Positions 5,821 through 15,155 of a stretch of DNA of 32,901 nucleotides are shown here, in pieces. Source of the DNA: a virus (lineage: Duplodnaviria; Caudoviricetes); the IMG/VR virus record IMGVR_UViG_3300020043_005902, positions 1 to 32,901 of that record, one strand, 5' to 3'. Both the position numbers and the translations under genes were made by a program. How positions within the stretch are numbered: the stretch's first letter is position 1; each line of letters opens with the position of its first letter. The notes under the pieces were generated by a model that worked only from the letters and a program-made list of their open reading frames with translations, searched no databases and had not been told where the DNA came from.

Positions 5821-7320
5821 CGAATAAAGCGCGCCGTTCTTGGAAATAAGCCCGGCCCGCTGCAATTCGTTCAGGCGTTTGTCCGCTGTGGTTCGTGCGC
5901 AGTTGGCCGCCCGCATGATCCGCTCGTGGAGCATCGAATAAGGCATGGCCCCGCCGTCCCAGTCATCAAAGGCATCTCGGCAAAGTGTGGCCAGCCTGTC
6001 AGCGGCTGAGACCTGGGCGAGTGATTGGACGGCGGTGAAGCCGTCGCCGGTCGACACTGAAATGTGCATCTTCGCTTGGTCGCACCAGCGGAAAACGGGA
6101 GGCTGTTTGATACCTCCATGCCTCGCGTCTTTGGTGGCCAGTGTGATGTGGTCAACGCCTTGCACTTGGTCTTTTTTGAGGAGCAGAATCGTTTCGCTCT
6201 TCTGTTCAAGCATCGTCCCCAGGTGACCTCTCCCTTTGTCGCTTTCCTTGCCTTTCTGTGAGCCGGGGTTGACGTGGAGCGTTGAGACGATTGCGCATCC
6301 GGTTTCCTCACAGATTTCCATAAGGTCGTTGATAAGCCCAGTGGCCTCCCGAACGTCGTTGAAGTCTTGGAGGAGGTCCACCAACCCGTCAACCATCAGC
6401 AAGGCCAGCCCTCCTTCCTTGTGAGCCTTGCGAGCGGCGGAAAGCATGATCTTTCGGCGGTCAGTTGAAGAGAACCGGCGGACGTGAAGGGAGGAGAACC
6501 AAGCCGGGAAGTCCGTCCAGGCGGCACGGCGCAAGGTGCGGACCATCATGGCATAATGGTCCCGCGCGCTTTGTTCGGTGTCGAAATGAATCACCCGCTG
6601 GCCTTCCGGGACGCGGCCTTGAAAGCTGAGAAAATCAGAACCGGCCAAGCCAAACAGGGATGCAATGATTGCGGATTGCGTGGTGGATTTGCCTGACTTC
6701 TGGGGAGCAATGATTGACATGATATTGCCCGGGTGAAGTATTTCGGTGTCCACCAACTTGAGAAGCCAGGGAGCCTCCACCGGCGGCTTGGCCAAGTCAA
6801 AGCGGAGAGCCTCGGCCTTGGCCAGAAGCTTGGCGGCGGACCTCGGCTCGCGCTTCTCCCCCGGCTCAACTGCCGCCCCCAAGTCTGCCAGCGCCTCGGC
6901 TTTGACGGCGATTTCAGCCAGCGTTTGACCGGCCTTGACGGCCTCGACGATGGCAGCAGCAGACTGAGACAGGCGGCGGGCGGTGTAGGCATCCCGAACG
7001 GCTTCCATGTAGGTTCGGGCAAGGGCGGTTGACTCCACCCGGTTGCCGACCCGGTTGACCTCGGCAGGTCCGCCGACAAACTCAAGTTGGCCTTCCTTGT
7101 GGAGTTGCTGGCACAAAAGGATGTCGTCAACGGGTCCGGCAAGTCGAGTGAGCGCGCCAAAGATGGCCGAACATTGCGAGCTGGCGAAGGAAGCCGGGGA
7201 GATGCCGAGTTCAACGGCGCGGGCAACAACGTCGCCGGATTCGTCCAGAATACAGCAAGCAATCAGGGCTTCCTCGGCGTCAACGTTGGCCGGGGAGCCG
7301 CGTGAGGTGGGCAGGGTCAT
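5794..7320 (-). CDS. Replicative helicase: DnaB N-terminal domain fused to an AAA_25/RepA-like ATPase, 508 aa
   Basis: PANVDAEEALIACCILD (DnaB-N); Walker A APQKSGKS; HFDTEQS, MVDGLVDL, LHVNPG, RGHLGT. Start placed at MTLPTS. Confidence 0.8.
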   Translation of the reverse strand: MTLPTSRGSPANVDAEEALIACCILDESGDVVARAVELGISPASFASSQCSAIFGALTRLAGPVDDILLCQQLHKEGQLEFVGGPAEVNRVGNRVESTALARTYMEAVRDAYTARRLSQSAAAIVEAVKAGQTLAEIAVKAEALADLGAAVEPGEKREPRSAAKLLAKAEALRFDLAKPPVEAPWLLKLVDTEILHPGNIMSIIAPQKSGKSTTQSAIIASLFGLAGSDFLSFQGRVPEGQRVIHFDTEQSARDHYAMMVRTLRRAAWTDFPAWFSSLHVRRFSSTDRRKIMLSAARKAHKEGGLALLMVDGLVDLLQDFNDVREATGLINDLMEICEETGCAIVSTLHVNPGSQKGKESDKGRGHLGTMLEQKSETILLLKKDQVQGVDHITLATKDARHGGIKQPPVFRWCDQAKMHISVSTGDGFTAVQSLAQVSAADRLATLCRDAFDDWDGGAMPYSMLHERIMRAANCARTTADKRLNELQRAGLISKNGALYSRVDRQSAQ

Positions 7321-7321
7321 G

Positions 7322-7519
7322 TCAGGTGTCTTGAACGATTTGACGCGGCGTCCCGTCGTTTGAGAAGTGCCAGGCTTCTTCCTCGCCCGCAGAAAATGGA
7401 TAACGGCACAAGTCAGCCATTTCCCTGTCTTCGGCCAACTTGAGAGCATCTTCTAGCGTGTCTGCTTCGACGGTGGTCCAACATGAAACTGTAACCTGCG
7501 CAGATAACTTAAATTTCAT
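7322..7519 (-). CDS. Hypothetical protein, 65 aa
   Basis: Tightly packed ORF; VEADTLEDALKLA motif common in small phage proteins. Confidence 0.6.
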   Translation of the reverse strand: MKFKLSAQVTVSCWTTVEADTLEDALKLAEDREMADLCRYPFSAGEEEAWHFSNDGTPRQIVQDT

Positions 7520-7686
7520 TGCGCCCTCCCCCCCGGTGCGCGGTGTGCGGTGTGCTTTGCAGACCCGCGTGAGTAGCCATTAAGCGGCTTGATGTTTTTG
7601 CGGAATCCCCCGGCTGCTTTGGCCATGTCGCGGGTGACTTCGCCGCGCAGAAGTTGCTCGGTTGAAAAGAGTGGTTTCATCTTCAT
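7516..7686 (-). CDS. Hypothetical small basic protein
   Basis: Fills the gap with stop/start overlaps on both sides; exact start uncertain. Confidence 0.45.
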   Translation of the reverse strand: MKMKPLFSTEQLLRGEVTRDMAKAAGGFRKNIKPLNGYSRGSAKHTAHRAPGGRAQ

Positions 7687-8333
7687 TTCCGGCCTCCAAT
7701 CGCAAGCCAAACGCGGTCCCGGTTATGCGGCAGCATCTTGGATTGTTGGCCCGTGAGAAACTTGGTCAGGTTCGTAATGTGAATCCCAGTAGCGCGTGCA
7801 ATCTGGCCGTTGGTCAACCCGCTGGCCTTCACCGCATCTCGCAATCGTTGGTTGTCGGGGTCGTCAACGGACAGCGAACCGGGCTTGTCGAGGAACCAGC
7901 GGACGAACGGCGTCCCGGCCCGGTCATGGCTTTTGAACCGCTCGCCCTTCGCCACGGCATCATAGACCAGCCCCTTGCCGGCTATACACTGATTCATCAC
8001 CGTGCTATAGCACGGATGAAGCCCGGCCATGATGAGCGCGCGGCCCAGTTCCATGCGCGGTTCTGTGACCAGTTTGACGGCCTTGCGGGCGGCTTTGACC
8101 TTGCCTTCCCATGTCGTCGGAGCCGGGTCGGAACCGGGCAGGGTTGGGCGTGGCTTGTCGGCAGGCTGGCCGCGTGCGATGCGGACCTGCCGGTCTGAGA
8201 AGGACTTCATGGGGGCGATGCGGGGTATGTTGCGGGCGGCATGGCGGATGTATTCCGGCGTGCAACCAATGCGGGCGAGCGTGTGCTCTGCCTGCCAAGC
8301 GGAGAGCTTGGCTTCGGGTGTTGTTAGGTTCAT
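7683..8333 (-). CDS. Protein with a C-terminal XRE/Cro-type HTH domain
   Basis: LRDAVKASGLTNGQIARATGIHITNLTKFLTG. Confidence 0.65.
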   Translation of the reverse strand: MNLTTPEAKLSAWQAEHTLARIGCTPEYIRHAARNIPRIAPMKSFSDRQVRIARGQPADKPRPTLPGSDPAPTTWEGKVKAARKAVKLVTEPRMELGRALIMAGLHPCYSTVMNQCIAGKGLVYDAVAKGERFKSHDRAGTPFVRWFLDKPGSLSVDDPDNQRLRDAVKASGLTNGQIARATGIHITNLTKFLTGQQSKMLPHNRDRVWLAIGGRK

Positions 8334-8339
8334 TGTGAT

Positions 8340-9311
8340 TCAGTCCATTGAAAAGGTTTCGACATCGCCAAAAAGAGACTCTTGAACTGGAATGCCTTTG
8401 ACGGCATCCTCGCAGTTTAGCACGGCTTGATTGAAGTAGGTTTCCTTTAGCTCAATCCCTATGGCACGGCGGCCCTGCCTCAATGCGCAATAAGCTTCTG
8501 ATCCAACTCCAAGAAAGGGAGTCAAAACTATTTCGCCAGGGTTGGAACGAAGGACGATAACCCGGTCAATGACATCCTGTTGAAGCGGGTGGACATGCTT
8601 TTCATCCTCTGGGTCTTTACAATCCTTGAACGGAAGAACGCGGCCAATGCGAACGTCGTCCCAAAATGCGGAAGCGTATTGACGCCAAATCCAATGAGAA
8701 AAGCGGTTTGCAATTTGCGGACCTTGCCAGTTTTTGTAGGCCATGATCTCATCAGGCATTTGCCGTTCCCCGGCATACTCCTTTAGTCCTTCCGGGTGGG
8801 TAATTGGAACTTTGTTTTCACCAATCTTACGAAACAACAAAAGGTAGTCAGCGGATGCCACGTCGCAAAGGCTAGAATCCTCAACTATTGTTTTATGAGT
8901 CAACCCCTTGGCCATAGTCCGAAGACGAACGCCAAGGGGCTCCTTCCAAACGCAGTGACGGGCGATGTATTCAAATCCAAGCTTTTTATGAAGCCGGATG
9001 ATGTCGCCGGGGAAGTCCGTCAGGTGGTTTCCGGCGTTGCAGCTTGATGGTATGTCCATACAGTGGACGGCTGTGATTCGTCCCGGCTTTGTCAGTCTGG
9101 CGATTTCGGCAACGCAAAACTCATAGTGGACGAAAAACTCGTCGTAGGACGAGCAGTTTGACATGTCCCTTTCGTCGCTTGAATAATTGTATAGTCCGCA
9201 GAACGGGGGCGAATAAACAGACAGGTCAATTGACTGGTCTGGGAGTTGCTTCATTACCTCGACGCAATCGCCGTTGTATAGTGCAAAGTTGGGAGTTTGT
9301 TTTTGTTTCAT
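8340..9311 (-). CDS. DNA methyltransferase, N4-cytosine/N6-adenine family (beta order)
   Basis: LYNGDCVEVM, catalytic YSPPF, HVHPLQ, SNPGEIVLTPFLGVGSE, IGIELKETYF. Confidence 0.9.
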   Translation of the reverse strand: MKQKQTPNFALYNGDCVEVMKQLPDQSIDLSVYSPPFCGLYNYSSDERDMSNCSSYDEFFVHYEFCVAEIARLTKPGRITAVHCMDIPSSCNAGNHLTDFPGDIIRLHKKLGFEYIARHCVWKEPLGVRLRTMAKGLTHKTIVEDSSLCDVASADYLLLFRKIGENKVPITHPEGLKEYAGERQMPDEIMAYKNWQGPQIANRFSHWIWRQYASAFWDDVRIGRVLPFKDCKDPEDEKHVHPLQQDVIDRVIVLRSNPGEIVLTPFLGVGSEAYCALRQGRRAIGIELKETYFNQAVLNCEDAVKGIPVQESLFGDVETFSMD

Positions 9312-9314
9312 GAT

Positions 9315-10679
9315 TTAGATCCAAGAAGGAAGTGATGGGGTTTCTTTTGATTGTGGTTTTTTGCTGACAATTAACTCATTGTTCATGAGTGAAATTAACT
9401 GAGTGAACATTCTTTCGGAGGCGGCTGTTTTACGGTTGAGATTTGACAAAACGCCCCGTTCTCCCTCGCTGGCGATAACATCAACGTGAACGGGTCTTTT
9501 TTGTCCAAAGCGCCAAGACCGGCGAACCGCTTGGTAGTATTGCTCGAAGCTATGAGATGGAAAAAAAGTCTGATGGGCGCAGTGTTGGAAATTAAGACCA
9601 AACCCGGCGATTGATGGCTTGCTCACCAATACACGCGCTTGACCTGCGAGAAACGCCTCAAATGCCTCTTCCTTGGCTTCGTCGGGGTCATTCCCAGAAA
9701 CCTCGATGGAGTCCGGCGTGAGTTTTTTAAGAAGGGAAGACTCGGTGTTAAGGTGACACCATTGGATAGCAGGCTTTCCGGTTATGGCGACCAACTCGGC
9801 GGCAAGTTCGCAGCGTTCCGTTATGGTTCTGGAACGCTCCGAGCGTTGCTCTTGAAGTCCAACCGCTTCCATAGAAAAAAGCATGCCTTCCGCTGGCTTG
9901 TCTGACTTGATGATATGTTCCTCAGTAATGAGAGGAGGAAGGGTCAATTGGCCGTCGTCAAAACCAAGGTCGGAAGGTTTGCGAATTGCTCTCGCCCATC
10001 CGCAAACCCAACGCCAAAAGTCCCGCTCTGCATGGCCACGAAAGCGGTAAACGCCCGACCTGTTTTCATCTTTCCGGCTTGTAGTTTGTTGGTTCTTTTT
10101 GAAAAACTTGCCTAACATATCCATGTATCCCAGGTGGCCTAAAGCCTCGCTTGACGTGCCGAGTTCTATGAAGTCGTTTGGGGCGGCAGTAGCTGTGCAA
10201 AGCAGTCGGTATTTCTGCTTTAACATGAAGTTGGTGACAGCCTCTTTTGTCACTCCGTCAAAGTTCTTCAAAATGCTGGATTCGTCGCAAATCGTCCCCG
10301 CGAAATCGTTCGGGTTGAAAAGATGTAACCGTTGATAGTTTGCGACTACAACCCGCGCCCCACTGTGTTTTCCGTCAAGGGACCGCTCGGCATCAATCCC
10401 GAACTTTTCGGCCTCCTTTACGGTTTGGGCGCCAACGGCAAGCGGGGTCAGTATCAGCACGGGCTTGTTTTCGCGCTCGACTACGTTATGAGCAAAGGCC
10501 AGTTGCATAAGTGATTTACCCATGCCGCAATCGGCAAAGATAGCGGCACGGCCCTTACGGACAGCCCACTCGATAAGGGACCGCTGAAAGTCAAAAGCAG
10601 CGGTAGGCATGAAGGTCGGCTCAAAACCGAAGTTGCCGGAGACCGATGTTTTGCGGTCAATGAATTGGTGATAGTCCAT
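9315..10679 (-). CDS. SNF2-like helicase, 454 aa
   Basis: ADCGMGKS, CDESSILK, TATAAPND, GFGLNFQ, QAVRRSWRFGQ. Start placed at MDYHQF. Confidence 0.85.
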   Translation of the reverse strand: MDYHQFIDRKTSVSGNFGFEPTFMPTAAFDFQRSLIEWAVRKGRAAIFADCGMGKSLMQLAFAHNVVERENKPVLILTPLAVGAQTVKEAEKFGIDAERSLDGKHSGARVVVANYQRLHLFNPNDFAGTICDESSILKNFDGVTKEAVTNFMLKQKYRLLCTATAAPNDFIELGTSSEALGHLGYMDMLGKFFKKNQQTTSRKDENRSGVYRFRGHAERDFWRWVCGWARAIRKPSDLGFDDGQLTLPPLITEEHIIKSDKPAEGMLFSMEAVGLQEQRSERSRTITERCELAAELVAITGKPAIQWCHLNTESSLLKKLTPDSIEVSGNDPDEAKEEAFEAFLAGQARVLVSKPSIAGFGLNFQHCAHQTFFPSHSFEQYYQAVRRSWRFGQKRPVHVDVIASEGERGVLSNLNRKTAASERMFTQLISLMNNELIVSKKPQSKETPSLPSWI

Positions 10680-10698
10680 AGAAAAAGTGTTAAGTGTT

Positions 10699-11055
10699 TT
10701 AAAAGTTCGGAAATTCTCGCCGGCAGTCGGCCAAGCTGGCCAGAAAAACAGCCCGCCCGCCTGCCCGGTTGACATCGTGAGCCCATTTGATTTGAGCCTC
10801 AGAACGACGCCCGCCCTTGTCGCGTTTCCACTCGACTGAGAGGAACCGGGCGAACTGGCAACCAACCATGTCAGGAGTGATTTCAATCGTCTCCCATCCA
10901 ATGTGGTCGCCACCGCCTCCCCAGTGTGGAATGCCGACAGGAACGGTGTTGCCGCTGGGAAACATGGCGCGCCCGGTATGGTTGCGAAAGACTGCCAGGG
11001 TCGGCAGGTGATTGAGGTATTTGAGCCCCTCGTCTGTTACGGCTGATTCTTTCAT
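10699..11055 (-). CDS. VRR-NUC / PD-(D/E)XK nuclease
   Basis: FRNHTG...GGGDHIG...FLSVEWK...SEAQIKW...AGGRA. Confidence 0.8.
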   Translation of the reverse strand: MKESAVTDEGLKYLNHLPTLAVFRNHTGRAMFPSGNTVPVGIPHWGGGGDHIGWETIEITPDMVGCQFARFLSVEWKRDKGGRRSEAQIKWAHDVNRAGGRAVFLASLADCRREFPNF

Positions 11056-11249
11056 AGCGTTGCCTTAAATTTGTTAATTATGCTGTGAATCACAGAGTCA
11101 ATCGGTTGATCTTGGCATAGGGTCAAAAGTTCGATGGCTGTTTCAAGTTTTGCCTCAAGTTGTCGGGCAAACTCGCTTTCGACAACGGCGGCAAGATTCT
11201 GACCGTCAAAGGCTTCAAATTCTGCTTTGTCTGTTCTTGGTGTTTTCAT
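11052..11249 (-). CDS. Hypothetical protein
   Basis: MKTPRTD...FARQLE, a recurrent small phage protein pattern; ATGA overlap with the nuclease gene. Confidence 0.6.
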   Translation of the reverse strand: MKTPRTDKAEFEAFDGQNLAAVVESEFARQLEAKLETAIELLTLCQDQPIDSVIHSIINKFKATL

Positions 11250-11253
11250 GGTG

Positions 11254-12624
11254 TTAAAATTTGCGGCGGGATTTCCACTGAATGAGAGCCCACCTTGGGT
11301 GGTATCCGCGCCGTTTCCCAAGGGATTGCAGTTCAGCCAGCGTCCGGCAGGCTTTGCGCTCGGATGTCAGTCTGTTTTTCTCCGCCATTTGCGCGGCGAT
11401 TTCGTCGGCAGTCAGCTTCTTGAGCTGTCCGGCTTGCTCCCTCGTGGCCCGCTGTTTTACGGGCATTTCGTAACCGCAACGGGGACAGCAAGTCGACGGC
11501 GGAAACCAGCCGTAGCAGCCCTGGCACTGGCGGATTGCGGTCAAGACCTCCTCGGCCCGCTTGCGTTTCGTCTGTCCGCCAAGGGACCATGCGTGAGGGG
11601 TTTCTGCCAATCCATGGCGGGCAAGGTTTCCAGCGAAGTCAAACCAGCGGGCGATCTTGCCGGGGTAGGGTCGGAGGATGCGGCCAATGCCTTGAACCTG
11701 ACGGGCGAGAGACTGCGTAGGGCGGGCGTCAAGGCCGGTTTCAACAATCGGCAAATCAGTCCCACGTCCGAAGAGGTCCACTTGAAACAGCCCCATGATT
11801 CCGCCAGATGCGAGCGCTGAAACCATCTCGGCCCGGTTCGTTGAACCAGCGTGAACAGCGGCACAGGGAATGCCAGCGCGGTTGAAATCTTCAGCCAATC
11901 CGACGGCGTGGCGGACTGAGACACAGAAGCCGAGAAACTTCGTTCCAGAAGCAAATTTCAGATAGGTTTCCAGCACGTTCCCGGTCAAGACGCTGCCGAG
12001 TTCGTCAAGGGCGGCGCGTGAATAATCACCGCCTTGTTTCGCGCATTTTGACAGGTCCGGCGCGTGGGGGATGCCGTAATACTCAGGGCGGACAAGAAAC
12101 CCGTTTTGCATAAGCCATTCAACGGACGGCCCCTCAATCAGTTCCTCGAATGAGTTGCCAAGCCCCTTGCCGTCAAGGCGTTCCGGCGTGCCAGTAAATC
12201 CAAGGCGGGCTGCGTTCGGATAGTGGTTCAAAACCGATTGCCAGCTTGCGGATTCGCATAGGTCGCACTCGTCAATTATGATGGTGTCAGGTGAGTCAAA
12301 CGGGGCTGTATTTCGGTTGAGGCGAGAAAAAAGAGTGTCAATCGAAACGACCTGAACGCGCTTTGAGTCATAGTCTTGCCCCGGTGCAATCCGTCCGTGT
12401 GGCACGTCCCAAGCGGTCAAGGTGCGGGAGGTTTGCGCGGCGATTTCAACGCGGTGAACTAGAATCCAAACACGGCCAGTCAGAACGCTGGCGAGGTGGC
12501 AAAACACATTCGTCTTGCCGCTTCCGGTTGGTGAGACGATGCAGAGACGGCGGACACCAGCGTCAAGGCGCGCAAGGGACTTGGTTTCGAGTTCCGACTG
12601 ATAGGGGCGAAGACTGAGGGTCAT
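11254..12624 (-). CDS. SF2 DExD helicase (RadD/ResIII-like) with a C-terminal Zn finger
   Basis: LRPYQ, SPTGSGKT, IIDEC, GFTGTPERLDG, QGIGRILR, CQGC...CPRCG. Confidence 0.9.
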   Translation of the reverse strand: MTLSLRPYQSELETKSLARLDAGVRRLCIVSPTGSGKTNVFCHLASVLTGRVWILVHRVEIAAQTSRTLTAWDVPHGRIAPGQDYDSKRVQVVSIDTLFSRLNRNTAPFDSPDTIIIDECDLCESASWQSVLNHYPNAARLGFTGTPERLDGKGLGNSFEELIEGPSVEWLMQNGFLVRPEYYGIPHAPDLSKCAKQGGDYSRAALDELGSVLTGNVLETYLKFASGTKFLGFCVSVRHAVGLAEDFNRAGIPCAAVHAGSTNRAEMVSALASGGIMGLFQVDLFGRGTDLPIVETGLDARPTQSLARQVQGIGRILRPYPGKIARWFDFAGNLARHGLAETPHAWSLGGQTKRKRAEEVLTAIRQCQGCYGWFPPSTCCPRCGYEMPVKQRATREQAGQLKKLTADEIAAQMAEKNRLTSERKACRTLAELQSLGKRRGYHPRWALIQWKSRRKF

Positions 12625-12845
12625 TTCAGAGCCTTCCTGAGTTGGTCAATGGCTTCATCCATCGCGGACTCGTCGGTGCCCTTGCTGGCCCCTACAACAG
12701 CCTTCGCGGCCTTGCGTAATTTGCGCTCGTTTCCGGCGATTTCACCGACCGCAAAGAGGGCTTCGGTGGTGTCAAGCGGCGTGTAACCCATCAGGCTTTG
12801 AAGTGTGCGAGTGATGGCCTTGTCGAGTCGGCGTAAGTTTTTCAT
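12621..12845 (-). CDS. Hypothetical protein
   Basis: MKNLRRLD...; ATGA overlap with the helicase gene. Confidence 0.55.
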   Translation of the reverse strand: MKNLRRLDKAITRTLQSLMGYTPLDTTEALFAVGEIAGNERKLRKAAKAVVGASKGTDESAMDEAIDQLRKALK

Positions 12846-12974
12846 GTTCAAAGTGATGCCAACCGGGGCCGCTCCCATTTTCCAAACCTCACGGCCCAAA
12901 CGTAGGGCGGTGAGTAAATCCCGACAACCGTTGCTAAGGATTTAGGAAGCGGAAGACACCCGGTCGGCAAAGTG

Positions 12975-13277
12975 TTAGGTGGTGGCCTTGTCGGTTTCGA
13001 GTTGGAGCGCGTCAAGCGCATTGGCCAACGCCTTAGCATTGGACTCTTCGGCAGTGTTCAAAACCGCCATTGCAGCGCGGTAAATAGCAGGACCGGCGGC
13101 GATGAAGCGTGCGTGCGCTTCGTCTTCCTTGGCGAGCCCGGCGGGGTATTCGTTGAGTGGCGTGTGATGGGGCCCTGTGTGGGCGATGTGGCGTCCGTTG
13201 GTGCCGACGCGGATGTCTGTTCCGTCAGCGGTCCAATCTTGGGCGATGAAGCGGCGGGCGTAGTCTAATGAGGGCAT
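12975..13277 (-). CDS. Hypothetical phage protein
   Basis: Start MPSLDY after a structured leader; EAHARFIAAGP resembles the common phage ANARLIAAAP motif. Confidence 0.6.
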   Translation of the reverse strand: MPSLDYARRFIAQDWTADGTDIRVGTNGRHIAHTGPHHTPLNEYPAGLAKEDEAHARFIAAGPAIYRAAMAVLNTAEESNAKALANALDALQLETDKATT

Positions 13278-13289
13278 GGGAAAGGTGGT

Positions 13290-13323
13290 AAAGGGGCGGC
13301 GGGCGTGATAACCGCGCCGCCCC
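13290..13323 (-). terminator. GC-rich hairpin with a short U-tract
   Basis: Minus strand GGGGCGGCG...CGCCGCCCC-TTT. Confidence 0.45.
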
Positions 13324-13360
13324 AGGTTGTGGGTTAGATGTTGGTTGTTGGGAGATTGAT

Positions 13361-13446
13361 GCGAACCAGGCCAGCCCGCCGGAACCCTTTCGGGATGGCA
13401 GCCTTGACGGCCCGCCATGCGTCTCCGCACGGGCTCGCCTGGTCGC
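13361..13446 (-). ncRNA. Candidate structured RNA (three-way junction), 86 nt
   Basis: Long closing helix (GCGA, CCAGG, AGCCCG, CGGA, each with a partner), AUGGCG/UGCCAU plus GCC/GGC arm, and CCC-GAAA-GGG hairpin; intergenic. Confidence 0.5.
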
Positions 13447-13455
13447 AAAGGTGGG

Positions 13456-13803
13456 TTAGGTTGACGGTGGGATTTGGCGGGCGCGGATCATGGCGTCGGC
13501 GCGGATGTAACGTAAAACGGCGCGGACCTCGGCCTCCCAGGTCATGTGGGCAAGTGGATTTTCGGCAAACTTTGGCGATCTTTTGCCGACGATCTGTTCC
13601 ATCGCGGAAATTTGAAGGTCGCAATCTGACAGGGATTCCTGACCGGCTAACCAGTCGCGCAGCGTCATGCCTGCGAAAACCTCGATGTCATATTCGTTCG
13701 GAGGAACTACGCGGCCCTTGAAAGGATTGAAGCTTCCGGCCTTGACTTCAATTTGCCACGGGAAAGCTGGCCCGCCGTCGTTGATTTTCGGTGTTGTGCT
13801 CAT
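13456..13803 (-). CDS. Hypothetical phage protein (DGGPAFP...GMTLRDW family)
   Basis: INDGGPAFP, GMTLRDWLAGQ, ADAMIRAR. Confidence 0.7.
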   Translation of the reverse strand: MSTTPKINDGGPAFPWQIEVKAGSFNPFKGRVVPPNEYDIEVFAGMTLRDWLAGQESLSDCDLQISAMEQIVGKRSPKFAENPLAHMTWEAEVRAVLRYIRADAMIRARQIPPST

Positions 13804-13806
13804 GGC

Positions 13807-14307
13807 TCAAAAAGGAACGGAGTCGTCGTCCGCAAAGTCATTGCGGGGAGGTGGAGTTGGCGCGGGTTGGCGGGGCGCGGAAGAACGCGGCGGACGGGGC
13901 GCGGAAGGAGCGGCGGCAGGCAAGGCGGCAAAGTCTGCGGCTAGTTGCTGCATTAGGTTTGGCGCAGCCTTGGCAAGCGGCTTGGGAGCGTCCCGGTAAA
14001 CGCCTTTCACCCCGTAATAACTTTCGTTCGTTTGGTCGTTGTAAAGCATCTCTGTTTTGATGCGGCACGGCTTTCCTTTCAGCGACTCAATAGGAGCTGG
14101 GAAGCGATAGCCAAAAGCCTCGTCAAGTCCCCTCAAACTCCACTCCTTTGCACCTGCGTAGAGGCGGTAAAGGTAGGTGATCTTATCCCCCGAAGAATCG
14201 GAGAATGTCAGGCGCAAAGCGGGCTTGGTTCCGTTTTCGGAAACGTCGCCAATTTCAGCGTCAATGACGGTTACGGGATAGGTTCCCGGCGTGTTTGTAA
14301 TACTCAT
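13807..14307 (-). CDS. Putative single-stranded DNA-binding protein (DUF669-like)
   Basis: PGTYPVTVIDAE N-terminus, Pro/Ala linker and acidic tip DDDSVPF; follows the AAA_24 gene. Confidence 0.65.
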   Translation of the reverse strand: MSITNTPGTYPVTVIDAEIGDVSENGTKPALRLTFSDSSGDKITYLYRLYAGAKEWSLRGLDEAFGYRFPAPIESLKGKPCRIKTEMLYNDQTNESYYGVKGVYRDAPKPLAKAAPNLMQQLAADFAALPAAAPSAPRPPRSSAPRQPAPTPPPRNDFADDDSVPF

Positions 14308-14321
14308 TTGATGTGTGTGGA

Positions 14322-15155
14322 TTAAGATTTAAGAACAGAAGGAGGGACCGGAGTTGGCTCTGTGTCGTCGCCAATAAGTCCCGGTATTTCGTCCGGCTTG
14401 CGGACTGTTGGCGTTGGCTGGTTGGTAAAAACGGCAGCGATTTCAGCAGGGAGAACACCCTTTTCAAAAGGCAATAAGTCCGGCAATTCATACCTGTTTT
14501 TAGCGTCAAAGGCGGCGGTTCCTACGCAGTGAATCACGCGGCCGACTCCGCCCGTAGCCTTCGCCTTTCCGTCGCCTCCCTTAACGATTCTGGTATCGTC
14601 ATTGATGAAAAGAATCATGTCCGCCCACTCTTTCAAGTGTCGCAAATTTGACTGCTTGTCGGAGTTGTGAAGGGTGATTTCATACTTCGTATAACCCTCC
14701 GTTTGGTCAGGCGGCGAAACCTTGACGGTGCGAGAGTGAGCAAGAAAAACCACGTTAAAGCCGGTGGCAATAAGGCGCTCGGCATACTTTATGACCTTGG
14801 CAAACTCTTCGCATAAATGGACATAGCCTTTCCCGTATCCAAAGTCTTCCACACTGTCCTTTTTGGCAATCTGGCATATGTGAGTTGACGCTAGACGTTC
14901 AAGCCAATCGGCAGTGTCGAAAACAACGGTCTTGAAGTCGGCCTTGTGATTCTTTCCTATCTCTACGATACAATCCAAAACTTCCTGCCATGTCGAAGGC
15001 TCAAAGCGGGCAACGTCCAAGTGATAAGTTCCACCTTCAACGTCAATGAAAACGGGCGATGGGAGAAGTGAGGCGAGCGAAGACTTGCCCCGCCCTTCTG
15101 GCGAGTAAATTACAGCCCTGACCGGGCTTTTTTTGATTCCTCTAGAGAGTTTCAT
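14322..15155 (-). CDS. AAA_24 family ATPase (Sak4-like recombination protein)
   Basis: IYSPEGRGKSS, FIDVEGGT, VVFDTADWLE, FGYGKGY, FLAHS, KEWAD, AKNRY. Confidence 0.85.
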   Translation of the reverse strand: MKLSRGIKKSPVRAVIYSPEGRGKSSLASLLPSPVFIDVEGGTYHLDVARFEPSTWQEVLDCIVEIGKNHKADFKTVVFDTADWLERLASTHICQIAKKDSVEDFGYGKGYVHLCEEFAKVIKYAERLIATGFNVVFLAHSRTVKVSPPDQTEGYTKYEITLHNSDKQSNLRHLKEWADMILFINDDTRIVKGGDGKAKATGGVGRVIHCVGTAAFDAKNRYELPDLLPFEKGVLPAEIAAVFTNQPTPTVRKPDEIPGLIGDDTEPTPVPPSVLKS

